A stretch of DNA of 63,902 bases, filler included. It is 5 parts of 5 records of this genome, joined end to end, with 100 filler letters (N's around TTAATTAATTAA, not from the genome) between each part and the next. Parts side by side here need not be neighbours in the genome. Positions count along the whole stretch, not along the records: positions 40,666 to 58,007 come from SRR20825019_1383; 4 more parts are not named here. One strand, 5' to 3'. A program made the position numbers and the translations under genes. The first letter of the stretch is position 1. Each line of letters opens with the position of its first letter. Of this stretch, positions 42,042 through 51,457 are shown in pieces. The notes under the pieces are model-generated. The model worked only from the letters and a program-made list of their open reading frames with translations. It searched no databases and was not told the DNA's origin.

Positions 42042-43193
42042 CTATTTCCGGTTTTTGGCTCCGTGCAGCTCGGTGCCCTTCGCGTACATCGCGAAGTACT
42101 TCTCGTAATCGGCACAGTTGGTCTTCTCGAGCGCGCTGGAGCCCGGCGGATTGGCCTCGACCATCTCCTGGGCTTCTGCGGTGAACTGATCCGTGAGCTT
42201 GTCCCCCGTATCGTTCACCTTGCTCTTGATCCACTCGTTCGTGGCGCCGCCTTCGGCCTTCTTGATCTTGGCGGATTCCTCCGGCGTCATCACGTAGATG
42301 CCCGGCGCCGATTTGTCCGTCGTGATGAACTTCTCGAGCGTGCGCTTGTCGGCGCAATAGTTCACCGCCCGCTGGAACGGAATGAAGTCGTTCTGGAAGA
42401 CGTCGGTGAGCGCGTCCTGCTGGTCCTTGGACAGCTTGCTCCACCAACGATTAGAAACGCCGAACCAGTAATAGTCCCCAACGATGCCGTTGAGTCCGGC
42501 GACCGTGAAGTACGGAGCCTGCTCCTTGGTCGCGTTGAAACCACCGAGCGAAGTCAACAGTCCGTCAATGACACCTGTCTGCAGTGCTGGCGGAACATCC
42601 CCGAACGACATCGCCTGAGGGTTGGCTCCAAGCGCACCTAGCAGAGCGTTTTCGGCAGGCCCCATGGAGCGCATTTTCTTACCGGCGAAATCAGACGGAG
42701 CGATCAGGCGCCCTTCCACGGCACCGGCGCCCATGTACATGCTCATGTGACCGGCGCCCATGAAGCGGATGTCGTGCACCTTGTCGAAATGCGCCGCTAG
42801 ATCCTGAAATGTCTTGGTCTTGTGAATAGAGTCGATAGCCCCGACCGTGGAGAGCTTTCCGGCGCCCAGAACCACATTCGCCAAGGGCTCAATGCTCGAT
42901 GTCTTGCCGAATTGGCCGGTGAGAACCTCAAGATTGCCCTGCGTCAGCGCCTTGACACCTTGCGGGATCGTGTAGAGCGATTTCGCCCAGAAAATCTGCA
43001 CTTTGCTGCCGGGAATCTTTTTTTCTACTTGTTCGGCAAAGTAAACTTCGGCGATTCCGGCCGGGTGCGGCGGGCCAGGATGGTCAGATGCCCAGCGCAA
43101 TTTCACCGGCTCAACGGCAGTAGCGATGGATGCCGATGCGGCGACGAGCGTTGCCGCAAAGAAAGCGGCGGTTCGACTTGATTTACTAAACAT
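42042..43193 (-). CDS. TRAP substrate-binding protein (DctP)
   Basis: Signal peptide; DFAGKKMRS and GANPQAMSFGDVPPALQTGVIDG motifs. Confidence 0.88.
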   Translation of the reverse strand: MFSKSSRTAAFFAATLVAASASIATAVEPVKLRWASDHPGPPHPAGIAEVYFAEQVEKKIPGSKVQIFWAKSLYTIPQGVKALTQGNLEVLTGQFGKTSSIEPLANVVLGAGKLSTVGAIDSIHKTKTFQDLAAHFDKVHDIRFMGAGHMSMYMGAGAVEGRLIAPSDFAGKKMRSMGPAENALLGALGANPQAMSFGDVPPALQTGVIDGLLTSLGGFNATKEQAPYFTVAGLNGIVGDYYWFGVSNRWWSKLSKDQQDALTDVFQNDFIPFQRAVNYCADKRTLEKFITTDKSAPGIYVMTPEESAKIKKAEGGATNEWIKSKVNDTGDKLTDQFTAEAQEMVEANPPGSSALEKTNCADYEKYFAMYAKGTELHGAKNRK

Positions 43194-43402
43194 TATGTCT
43201 CCTCTCCTGCACGAACCTGTCCTGTTCGAGTCGGGCATTTGCCCGGTTGTTATTTGGTCCGGGCAATATTTTCGGCGTTGCATTTCGCCTGCCCGGTTGC
43301 ACGCCCCGGATTTCGACACCGGGACCGGACATCTATAGACAATTGCGTTGAAGTTGATAAATTCGCTAAACGTATTTCATTATTGCGTTTGATTTCAAAA
43401 TC

Positions 43403-44338
43403 ATGGAAAGCGACCTATCCTTTTTCGTCCTTCTCGCCCGGCGGGAGAGCTTCACCGCCACCGGCCGGGATCTCGGGATATCGGCTTCCGCGGTCAGCAG
43501 GCGATTGGCGAAGCTGGAAGACCGGCTCGGAATTCGGCTCCTGAACAGAACGACGCGGCGGGTCAGTCTTACCAGCGAAGGCGATGCCTATCTTCTGGAG
43601 GCAGCGCGAATTCTCGGGGATATCGACGCTCTGGAGCAGCGGATCACCGGAGCGAGAGACACTCCGAAAGGGTTGCTGCGTATCAATTCCACACTTCGTT
43701 TCGGCCGGACCTACATTGCGCCCGCTATTTCCTCCTTCAAGCAGCGCCACCCGGAAGTTCAGGTCCAGTTGATTCTGACGGATGCACCGTTGAACCTTGT
43801 CAAAGAAGGAATAGATCTCGGAATTCGCTTCGGAGCACCGCCCGACAGCAGAATGGTCATGAAAATGCTGGTCAGAAACCGGCGATATCTCTGCGCATCA
43901 CCATCCTATCTTGCCAATCACGGGACCCCGGCATTTCTTGGGGACCTCCAGGGACACAATTGCATCGTTCTGCGCCAGGACCACGGAGCTTACGACGTAT
44001 GGCGGTTCGACGACCGAAACGGGGAAATGCAGACCGCGAAGGTAAGCGGCAACTTGAGCACGAACGACGGCGAAATCGCGTTGGACTGGGTTCTCGGCGG
44101 CCATGGAATCATGCTGAGGTCGGAATGGGACATCGCCCGTCATGTCCGGGATGGCAGCCTGCGGGTTGTCTTGCCCGCCTGCCGGCAAACCGCCCACCTC
44201 TCTGCCGTTTTCCCGGAGCGTCACAATCTGTCCGCCAGGGTAAGGCGTTTCGTCGACCATCTGGCCGGCACCCTGAAAGGCGCGGAGACGACGGCACCGC
44301 TCGCGCTTTCACCCGAGGATTTGGAGATACAGCCTTAA
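43403..44338 (+). CDS. LysR-family regulator (CrgA/DmlR-like)
   Basis: SFTATGRDLGISASAVSRRL...LLNRTTRRVSLT; divergent from the TRAP genes. Confidence 0.92.
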   Translation: MESDLSFFVLLARRESFTATGRDLGISASAVSRRLAKLEDRLGIRLLNRTTRRVSLTSEGDAYLLEAARILGDIDALEQRITGARDTPKGLLRINSTLRFGRTYIAPAISSFKQRHPEVQVQLILTDAPLNLVKEGIDLGIRFGAPPDSRMVMKMLVRNRRYLCASPSYLANHGTPAFLGDLQGHNCIVLRQDHGAYDVWRFDDRNGEMQTAKVSGNLSTNDGEIALDWVLGGHGIMLRSEWDIARHVRDGSLRVVLPACRQTAHLSAVFPERHNLSARVRRFVDHLAGTLKGAETTAPLALSPEDLEIQP

Positions 44339-44520
44339 GCCCCCGTCAGGACAATGAGGTGATGTGAACCACCTTGGATAGCGGTGGCTACATGCTGAAA
44401 GTCCGCTTCGGCTCAAAACGGCCTTCAATCGAGATCAGATGGCTTTAGAAAGGAAAAGAAGCAGCCTCCGGCAGAAATCTTGAGCCCCCAGTCGACAAAA
44501 CGGACGTCATGACGATTTTC

Positions 44521-44535
44521 TTACCTCACCGGTAA
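44521..44535. promoter_or_regulatory. Palindromic operator-like site upstream of the DUF1330 gene
   Basis: TTACC-TCACC-GGTAA. Confidence 0.35.
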
Positions 44536-44594
44536 TTGGCCTCCGCTCCTCCCATCGGCAATATCCCGGCATTACATCAGCTGGAGAGATAAAC

Positions 44595-44924
44595 ATGCCG
44601 GCATTCGCCATCGGGCATCTGACCGCCGTCAGCATGGGGCCTGAAATCGTGCAGTATCTGGAACAGATCGACACCACATTGGCGCCTTTTCAAGGGCGTT
44701 TCCGGGTTCATGGCGCGCAAGCGGAATGCGTCGAGGGCCAGTGGGCGGGCGACATTATCGTCATTGAGTTTCCGGATATGGAGAAGGCACGCGCCTGGTA
44801 TCGCTCGGATGCCTATGGGGCGATCCTGCCGCTACGCAGCCGGAACAGCACCGGGAACATTATTCTGATCGAGGGTGTTCCCGGCGATCACAAAGCGACA
44901 GACATCCTCACCCAGGCGGCGTGA
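44595..44924 (+). CDS. DUF1330 protein
   Basis: YLEQIDTTLAPFQGRFRVHG...VIEFPDMEKARAWYRSDAY. Confidence 0.85.
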   Translation: MPAFAIGHLTAVSMGPEIVQYLEQIDTTLAPFQGRFRVHGAQAECVEGQWAGDIIVIEFPDMEKARAWYRSDAYGAILPLRSRNSTGNIILIEGVPGDHKATDILTQAA

Positions 44925-44931
44925 CCCTGTT

Positions 44932-45066
44932 TCAGCTCACCGTGAAATGCTTCACGAAATCCGGGTCCGGCTCAATGCCAAGCCCCGGCCCACCCGGCAG
45001 GCCGACACTGCCGCCGCTGTCCTTGACCTGCTCGCCGACCCGGAGCGGTTCTATAAGCAATTCCTT
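44932..45066 (-). pseudogene. Displaced 3'-end copy of the enolase-family gene at 46106-47266
   Basis: Encodes KELLIEPLRVGEQVKDSGGSVGLPGGPGLGIEPDPDFVKHFTVS*; 104/120 nt identical to 46106-46225 by manual alignment. Confidence 0.9.
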
Positions 45067-45078
45067 CCAGGATCCGAA

Positions 45079-45254
45079 CGCTTCATGCTCTCAGCGGCAA
45101 GCCTATGGAAGGACCGCGCTATATCTGGAGGAACCTCGTCTCCTCCGGGCTCGAGCGGATCGACACGGTGCCGGGCGACGAAGCGGGCTTCATTCCCCTG
45201 CCCGAAGACAAGGGCAGGCCGCGCAAAGCCGCCGGCGGCCGGAGTTTCGACTGA
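45079..45254 (+). pseudogene. Relic pirin C-terminus (frameshift and internal deletion)
   Basis: RFML/LSGKPMEGPRYIWRNLVSSGLERI-DTVPGDEAGFIPLPED resembles the pirin GPRxIWWNFVSS...ERI...VPGD..EFIPLP ending. Confidence 0.65.
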
Positions 45255-45325
45255 GCGGCAGACCGCAGTAGTTGCAGGCATCCCGGCGCCAGACTAACCT
45301 TCGCAAAATTTCGACCGGGGGTTCC

Positions 45326-46045
45326 ATGCCTGTTCTGAAGCGTTTTGCCGCGTTGCTGTTCTGCGCGCTCCTCAGCGCCTGCGCGATTTCCAGCACAAGC
45401 ACCTTTGAGCGCGGTCCAGCCCCGGGCAAGGCCATCGTGATCATCGGCGGTGCGTTTCTGGCCGCTGACATCGGACCAGCGGTCCGGACCGACAAGATCG
45501 AGGTCGTGGCCGCCCCGCTGCGCGTCCCGGCCTTTCTCTCCGGAGCCGAGGCCTCTTTCAGACGTTACGACCCGGCAACCGGCGAGGACCTTGACAAGCT
45601 TGTCCTCGAAGCCCCGTCGCCGGAGCTCATTCCCGTACCGCTCAGCAAACCGAACAAGCTTCTCAGCCTACCCGACAGGATGGAACGGTTCGGAACCATG
45701 AATTACGCCATCGTCGAGGTGACGCCAGGAGACTGGTTCCTAGACCGCCAGATCGTCCGCTCAATGAACAGAACCACTATCGTCCGGTCGGTCAAGGAGG
45801 ACAAACTGCGGGCGGGCGTTCCGGTGTTTCACGTCGACGCGGGCGAGGTTCTCTATGTCGGCGACGTGGTGCTGGCTTCCGGGCAATATCTGAGAGATCT
45901 CGACCCACAGAAATACAGCCGACTACGGGCAAGCAGCTGGAACCTCGCGATTGCCGGGGATGTCGAGGCGATGAACACGCGCGTCGCAGAACGGATAGAC
46001 ACCAGCCTGATCCGCTACCGCTCAATGACCCAATTCGGCGAATGA
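45326..46045 (+). CDS. Hypothetical lipoprotein
   Basis: MPVLKRFAALLFCALLSAC lipobox; FHVDAGEVLYVGDV beta-rich C-terminus. Confidence 0.75.
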   Translation: MPVLKRFAALLFCALLSACAISSTSTFERGPAPGKAIVIIGGAFLAADIGPAVRTDKIEVVAAPLRVPAFLSGAEASFRRYDPATGEDLDKLVLEAPSPELIPVPLSKPNKLLSLPDRMERFGTMNYAIVEVTPGDWFLDRQIVRSMNRTTIVRSVKEDKLRAGVPVFHVDAGEVLYVGDVVLASGQYLRDLDPQKYSRLRASSWNLAIAGDVEAMNTRVAERIDTSLIRYRSMTQFGE

Positions 46046-46105
46046 CGGGCTAGCCGACCATTCGGAAATCCTGCTACCTAGAACAGGCGACCGGACGACT
46101 ACGCG

Positions 46106-47266
46106 TCAGCTAACGGCGAAGTGCTTCAGGAATTCCGGATCCGGCTCTATCCCAAGCCCCGGCCCGCCCGGCAAGCCGACAGAACCGCCGCTTTCCTTTA
46201 CCTGCTCGCCGACCCGGAGCGGTTCAAGCAATAGCTCCTCACGGAAGCGGTTCGGCGTGGTGTCGTATTCCAGCATCGGCTGGACCGGATGGGCTCCTCC
46301 CGGCAAATCCGGCAGGGCCGCCAGCAGGTGCATGTTGGTGGCGACGGCCACCGCCGAGCCCCAGACATGGTTCACGATCGGCATGAAATGGGCCTCCGCC
46401 AGGGCCCGGACCTTCAGATATTCGGTGATCCCGCCCAGCCCGCAGACTTCCGGCTGCAGAACATCGACGCAGCGATTATGGATCAGATCGCGGAAGCCCC
46501 AGCGGGTGAACTCGCCCTCCCCGCCGGCAATTGGCATATCCAGGGCAAGGCACAGATCGCGATAACCCTGCCGGTCCTCCGGCGCGACCGGCTCCTCGAA
46601 CCAGGCAACGCCGAGCCGCTCCAGCTCACGCCCGAGCGGTATCGCTTCCCGTGCCGTGTAGGCATGGTTCGCATCCACCATCAGGCCGATATCGGGGCCG
46701 ATCGCATCGCGGACGGTTTCGACCAGCGCGACATCCTCTTTCACGCCGCGCCCGACCTTCATCTTCATGGCTTTGTAGCCGGCATCACGGATCGCAGCAC
46801 TCTCGGCGGCGAACCGTTCCTTCAGGTCCGGCACCCGCTGCAGCATCATGCCGTAACCATAGACCTGGATACGGTCCCGGAAGGCACCGCCAAGCAGCCT
46901 GTAGACCGGCACGCCGTGGATCTTCCCGGCCAGATCCCAGAGCGCGATATCGACACCGGAGAGAGACTGGATCGGCATGCCCTTCTGGCCGTGGTCTCGC
47001 AGAAGGTTGTAAACCTTGTGCCAGATCACCTCGCGCTCAAGCGGATCCATGCCGAGCACCATCGGCTGGATGACACGCTCGACAATGGCCTTGTTGGCGA
47101 AAGCGATATCGCCGCCGCCGAAACACTCCCCCCAGCCAACCAGTCCCTCGTCGGTCGTAATCTCCACCAGATGGGTGGTGCGCTTCAGGTAATATTGCTG
47201 GGAATAGCCGAGCTCTTCATCGAGATCGTACTGGAGCACATGGCTCCGGATGCCTGTGATCTTCAT
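46106..47266 (-). CDS. Mandelate racemase/enolase-superfamily enzyme (galactarolactone cycloisomerase-like)
   Basis: GVDIALWDLAGK, KMKVG, MVDANH, WFEEP and GGEGE motifs. Confidence 0.88.
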   Translation of the reverse strand: MKITGIRSHVLQYDLDEELGYSQQYYLKRTTHLVEITTDEGLVGWGECFGGGDIAFANKAIVERVIQPMVLGMDPLEREVIWHKVYNLLRDHGQKGMPIQSLSGVDIALWDLAGKIHGVPVYRLLGGAFRDRIQVYGYGMMLQRVPDLKERFAAESAAIRDAGYKAMKMKVGRGVKEDVALVETVRDAIGPDIGLMVDANHAYTAREAIPLGRELERLGVAWFEEPVAPEDRQGYRDLCLALDMPIAGGEGEFTRWGFRDLIHNRCVDVLQPEVCGLGGITEYLKVRALAEAHFMPIVNHVWGSAVAVATNMHLLAALPDLPGGAHPVQPMLEYDTTPNRFREELLLEPLRVGEQVKESGGSVGLPGGPGLGIEPDPEFLKHFAVS

Positions 47267-47397
47267 ACCCGGCAGACCTGCATTGTTGCCAACACAAGGA
47301 GCCTAGATCATCCGGGATCACCCGGGCCACGGCCTTTTCATGGAGCGGTCCGGCTCCCGGCGTGAGGCAGCCCCGCCGGGCCACCTCACGTGATGGA

Positions 47398-47691
47398 TCA
47401 GGACGGCGCGTCATACGTGGTGATCGTCATGTCCGCCGCTTCCTCGCGCAGCGGAATGATCGCCTGATAGGCATCCGAGGCGTACCAGGCTTTCAGGTTC
47501 TGCATGCTCGGGAAGGAGGCGATACCGGTGGCCTGATGGGTGGCGGCGCCGCCGGTCAGAACCTCTCCGGCTTTCCCGCGCATCACCATTTCACCGCCGA
47601 ACGGTTTGAAGGTTTCCGCAGCTTTCTTTGAATAGTCCTGCATCTTGGCCGGGTCCTTGACTGTCACCACAGCCACAAAAAATGCCGTCAT
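47398..47691 (-). CDS. DUF1330 protein
   Basis: VKDPAKMQDY...FGGEMVMRG...FPSMQNLKAWYASDAYQ. Confidence 0.85.
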   Translation of the reverse strand: MTAFFVAVVTVKDPAKMQDYSKKAAETFKPFGGEMVMRGKAGEVLTGGAATHQATGIASFPSMQNLKAWYASDAYQAIIPLREEAADMTITTYDAPS

Positions 47692-47776
47692 CGCAAACTC
47701 CCTGATTTTCCAACAGATCGACAAAACGCGCGAGGCGCTTTATGCACATAGCCGGACAGAACACGGATACTTCGTT

Positions 47777-47794
47777 TTGTCCATAAATGTACAA
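47777..47794. promoter_or_regulatory. Putative TetR operator
   Basis: ttgtccat-aa-atgtacaa imperfect palindrome between the divergent DUF1330 and TetR genes. Confidence 0.45.
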
Positions 47795-47815
47795 ATCATA
47801 GGTGCGTGAGCGGAA

Positions 47816-48424
47816 ATGGCACGGCCCAGCAAGTTTGACAGAGACGAGGCCATCGAGACTGCGATGGACGCGTTCTGGCGTGCCGGGTACCAGGCCTGCT
47901 CCGTCAAGGCGCTCTCCGAACGTCTCGGCATCACCCGGTCAAGTTTCTACAACGCATTCGGCAGCCGGGAGGCCTTGTTCCGCGAGGCCCTTGCCCGGTA
48001 TGGCGACCAGGCTCCCGACCAGGCCTTTGCCGATGCGCAAGTCAAACCGGGCGAGGTCCGCCGCCTGATCACCGAAACATTCCGCGCCGCCTGCCAGGCC
48101 CGCGCCGCGGATCCCGATGCCAGGGGATGTTTCGCGATCAAAAGCGTGGCTGAACTGTGCAGCCGCGACGAAGAGCTCGGCCCGATCTTGACCGATATCG
48201 TCAGGGCGAATGTCACCCGGCTGGAACATTTGCTCGCCTTCGGCAAGGAAACCGGGGAATTGCCCGAAAGCCTCGATCCGCACGCCACCGCGCTTGCCCT
48301 GAAGACCGTGCTGGTCGGCCTCAATGTCGTCTGCAAGGTGATCCGCGAGGAGGAAGAGCTCTGGCTCTCCGCCCGCACCGCCCTCAAAGCGCTCGACCTG
48401 CTTGAGGAAGACATCCCCGCTTAA
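47816..48424 (+). CDS. TetR/AcrR regulator (ComR-like)
   Basis: MARPSKFDRDEAIETAMDAFW...GITRSSFYNAFGS. Confidence 0.9.
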   Translation: MARPSKFDRDEAIETAMDAFWRAGYQACSVKALSERLGITRSSFYNAFGSREALFREALARYGDQAPDQAFADAQVKPGEVRRLITETFRAACQARAADPDARGCFAIKSVAELCSRDEELGPILTDIVRANVTRLEHLLAFGKETGELPESLDPHATALALKTVLVGLNVVCKVIREEEELWLSARTALKALDLLEEDIPA

Positions 48425-48489
48425 TGTGAGTTTTCGTGTCACACATCCCTGCCGTCAGGTCTCTAAGCTTTCAGACCAACGACGGAGCG

Positions 48490-49341
48490 ATGAACATGTC
48501 ACGGAATAAACTGGGCGCAAAAAGCCTGAACGAACTGGCCGAACTGGCCCGATCCGGCGACAAAAGCGCGCTGGAAGACCTGATCCTCACCTCACAGGAT
48601 TCTCTTTACACCCTGGCACTGCGCTTTCTTGCCAATCCCGATGATGCCCGCGACGCCACGCAGGAAATCCTGATTATTCTGATCACCCGGCTTTCTACCT
48701 TCGAGGGCCGCAGCAATTTCCGGACATGGGCCTACCGGATTGCCGTCAACTACCTGCTCCGTTCCCGAAAGATCCAGAGCCGGGCGATAAATCTCAGTTT
48801 CCAGACATTCGAGGAAGATCTGCATACGGGCCTGATCGAGGACCCGGCACCTGCAGCGGACGATGTCGCCATGCTTGGAGAACTCCGGATCGCCTGCACC
48901 ATGGCAATGCTGCTTTGTCTGGACGTGGAGCACCGCATTGCCTTCGTCCTTGGCGAGATCCTTGAGCTCGACCACAAAGAAGCGGCTGACATACTGGAAA
49001 TCGCATCCGCCACCTACCGTAAACGCCTGTCCCGTGCCCGGTCGGATGTCATTGCCTTCTCCGGGCGCGTCTGCGGCATCGCCAATCCGTCGGCGCAATG
49101 CCGCTGTCCGCGCCGTCTTCCCGAAGCGCTCCGCCTTGGCAGGCTTGATCGCTCCCGCCCCCTGACGCAAAGCGCCGGATGTGCCGAGGATGCGGGGTAT
49201 GAAGCCATCCTCGCCCGCACCCGGACCATGGAGCGGAATCTGGCGGCACTTTGCCTGCAGAAAAGCCCAGCCGGGCTCACCTGCCCGGACGATCTCGCCG
49301 CCACGGTGCGGACCATCGTCGCCGAACAGCAGATTCACTAA
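48490..49341 (+). CDS. ECF sigma factor with Cys-rich C-terminal extension
   Basis: DARDATQEI, FRTWAYRIAVN, region 4 EAADILEIASATYRKRLSRAR, then CGIANPSAQCRC. Confidence 0.85.
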   Translation: MNMSRNKLGAKSLNELAELARSGDKSALEDLILTSQDSLYTLALRFLANPDDARDATQEILIILITRLSTFEGRSNFRTWAYRIAVNYLLRSRKIQSRAINLSFQTFEEDLHTGLIEDPAPAADDVAMLGELRIACTMAMLLCLDVEHRIAFVLGEILELDHKEAADILEIASATYRKRLSRARSDVIAFSGRVCGIANPSAQCRCPRRLPEALRLGRLDRSRPLTQSAGCAEDAGYEAILARTRTMERNLAALCLQKSPAGLTCPDDLAATVRTIVAEQQIH

Positions 49342-49465
49342 CCACAGCGCCACTAAGCGTCACGGCCGCCCGTTGCAGCGGGCCTTATCCGATTGCCTTG
49401 TGTGCGCAGGCTTCGTGCTGCCTCCGCACGCCTTCCCTCCGAACAGCACGAAAGGAACCTGAATC

Positions 49466-49867
49466 ATGAAAGACAAACAAGCGGCTCTCTCCACCATCCT
49501 GACCATGACCGCCAATCTCGAAAAAGGAGATCTTGACGGTGTTATGGCATCATATGAGCCGGGAGCGGCGATCCTGTTCGAACCGGGTCAGCCCGTTACA
49601 GACGAGACCGTCGCCCGGCAGATCTTCGGTGAACTCGCTGCCACCAAACCGGCCGTCCATTATGGAGAGCACGAAGTCTATATCAGCGGCGACATCGCCG
49701 TGCATCTCGCCCCCTGGGGCATGCGGGGTACGGCTCCCGGATGCGAGGACGTCACAATGGGCGGGCTCACCGTCGCCGTTCTTCGCCGCCAGCCGGATGG
49801 CAAATGGCTGATGGTTCTCGACAACCCGCACGGCGCCCACGGCCTTGAAGCGGAAAAGCCGGAATAG
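49466..49867 (+). CDS. SnoaL/NTF2-like (YybH) protein
   Basis: GDLDGVMASYEPGA...VLRRQPDGKWLMVLDNP. Confidence 0.82.
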   Translation: MKDKQAALSTILTMTANLEKGDLDGVMASYEPGAAILFEPGQPVTDETVARQIFGELAATKPAVHYGEHEVYISGDIAVHLAPWGMRGTAPGCEDVTMGGLTVAVLRRQPDGKWLMVLDNPHGAHGLEAEKPE

Positions 49868-49891
49868 ATAAACGATCCCGGGCCGCTCCCG

Positions 49892-50332
49892 TTACCGGCG
49901 GGCGGCCCGGGCACTGCGGCGGGTTGCCAGCAGCAGGTTGGTCTCCGAGCTCGCAATGCCCTCGATCAGCCGGATACGGCGCAGCACATCGTCGAAATCC
50001 GTCAGGGTCTCGGCGCCGATCTCCGCGATCAAATCCCATTTTCCGTTCGTACTGTGCACCGCGCCGACCTCGCCGATGCCGGTGAGCTGGCGCACCACGT
50101 TCTCGGTCCCGCGTCCCTCGATCTCGATCAGCATGATGCCGCGCACGGGCATTTCCGACGCGTCCCCGCGCAGGACCACCGTGTAGCCGAGCACATGGCC
50201 GTCCCGCTCCAGCCGTTCCAGCCGGCTCCGCACCGTGGCCCGCGACACCCCGACCGTCCCGGCAAGCTCGGAAATCCCCGCCCGGCCGTCCCGGCGCAGA
50301 GCGGCGATCAGTTTCTGGTCAACAGCGTCCAT
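49892..50332 (-). CDS. Lrp/AsnC regulator
   Basis: DQKLIAALRRDGR...VSRATVRSRLERL; HSTNGKWDL. Confidence 0.92.
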   Translation of the reverse strand: MDAVDQKLIAALRRDGRAGISELAGTVGVSRATVRSRLERLERDGHVLGYTVVLRGDASEMPVRGIMLIEIEGRGTENVVRQLTGIGEVGAVHSTNGKWDLIAEIGAETLTDFDDVLRRIRLIEGIASSETNLLLATRRSARAARR

Positions 50333-50482
50333 TTTTCAAATCGTCATATTTATATTACCATATTGCTTATATCATGGATCAAATTGCGCAAATTGCCATC
50401 TATTTTGCGCCAGAGAATTGCCCGCATACTGACATCATTGGTCGGCGGGCGCGTGATCCGCACACCATTCATGGAGCCCAAA

Positions 50483-51418
50483 ATGAGCGATCCCCGTTCC
50501 TGTGTTCTTGTCGGCGCCCCCGTTCAGATCGGGGCTGGCCAGCCGGGCTGTCTCATGGGGCCTGACGCATTCCGCACCGCCGGGCTCGGCCGGGCGCTGG
50601 AAAGTCTTGGCCATTCTGTCGAGGATCTGGGGAATTGCGCCGCTGCGGAACTCGCGCCGCGCAGCCACCCGAACAAGGCGATCAAGAACCTGACGGAAAC
50701 CGCTGGCTGGGTGGAGACGCTCACCGAAGCCGCCTATCAGGCGAAGCAGGGCGGACGCACGCCGATCTTCCTCGGCGGCGACCATGCGCTGGCGGCAGGA
50801 ACGCTTCCCGGCATCGCCAAGGCCGCCAAGGAAGAGGGGCGCGAGCTCTTCGTGCTCTGGCTCGATGCCCATTCCGACTATCACGACCTCGACAGCACCG
50901 AGAGCGGCAATCTGCATGGCGTCCCGGTCGCCTATTTCACCGGGCGGGACGGCTTCGACGGCTACTTCCCTGCTCTGGAGGTGCCGGTGAAACCCGGGAA
51001 CATGACCATGATGGGCATCCGCTCCGTTGATCCGGCGGAAAATCGCGCATTGATGAACCAGCCGATCGAGGTGATCGACATGCGCGCCATCGACGAGCAT
51101 GGCGTCAACACCCTGCTCAAGGATTTTCTAGCACGGGTCGAAGCGGCGGACGGCATCATTCATGTCAGCCTCGACGTCGATTTCCTCGACCCCGAGATCG
51201 CGCCGGCTGTCGGCACCACCGTTCCCGGCGGTGCGACTTTCCGGGAGGCGCATCTGATCATGGAGAAGCTGAACGATTGCGGGCGCGTCGGCTCCCTTGA
51301 TCTGGTCGAACTGAACCCGTTTCTCGACGAACGCGGCAAGACCGCGCGCCTGATGGTCGACCTGGCCGCGAGCCTGTTCGGCCGCAAGGTCATGGACCGG
51401 CCGACACGTTCTTTCTGA
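50483..51418 (+). CDS. rocF: Arginase
   Basis: GGDHAL, WLDAHSD, SGNLHGVP, SLDVDFLDP and VELNP motifs. Confidence 0.95.
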   Translation: MSDPRSCVLVGAPVQIGAGQPGCLMGPDAFRTAGLGRALESLGHSVEDLGNCAAAELAPRSHPNKAIKNLTETAGWVETLTEAAYQAKQGGRTPIFLGGDHALAAGTLPGIAKAAKEEGRELFVLWLDAHSDYHDLDSTESGNLHGVPVAYFTGRDGFDGYFPALEVPVKPGNMTMMGIRSVDPAENRALMNQPIEVIDMRAIDEHGVNTLLKDFLARVEAADGIIHVSLDVDFLDPEIAPAVGTTVPGGATFREAHLIMEKLNDCGRVGSLDLVELNPFLDERGKTARLMVDLAASLFGRKVMDRPTRSF

Positions 51419-51457
51419 GCCCTGGCCTTTCTGATACCCCGAACCACGGAGACACTC

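Noticed and set aside
44932-46240. Diversity-generating retroelement TR/VR pair
   Set aside because: Mismatches are not adenine-specific on either strand and are mostly synonymous; no reverse transcriptase is present
44595-47691. Two DUF1330 genes as inverted-repeat ends of a mobile element
   Set aside because: The proteins are only distantly similar and no nucleotide-level repeat is visible
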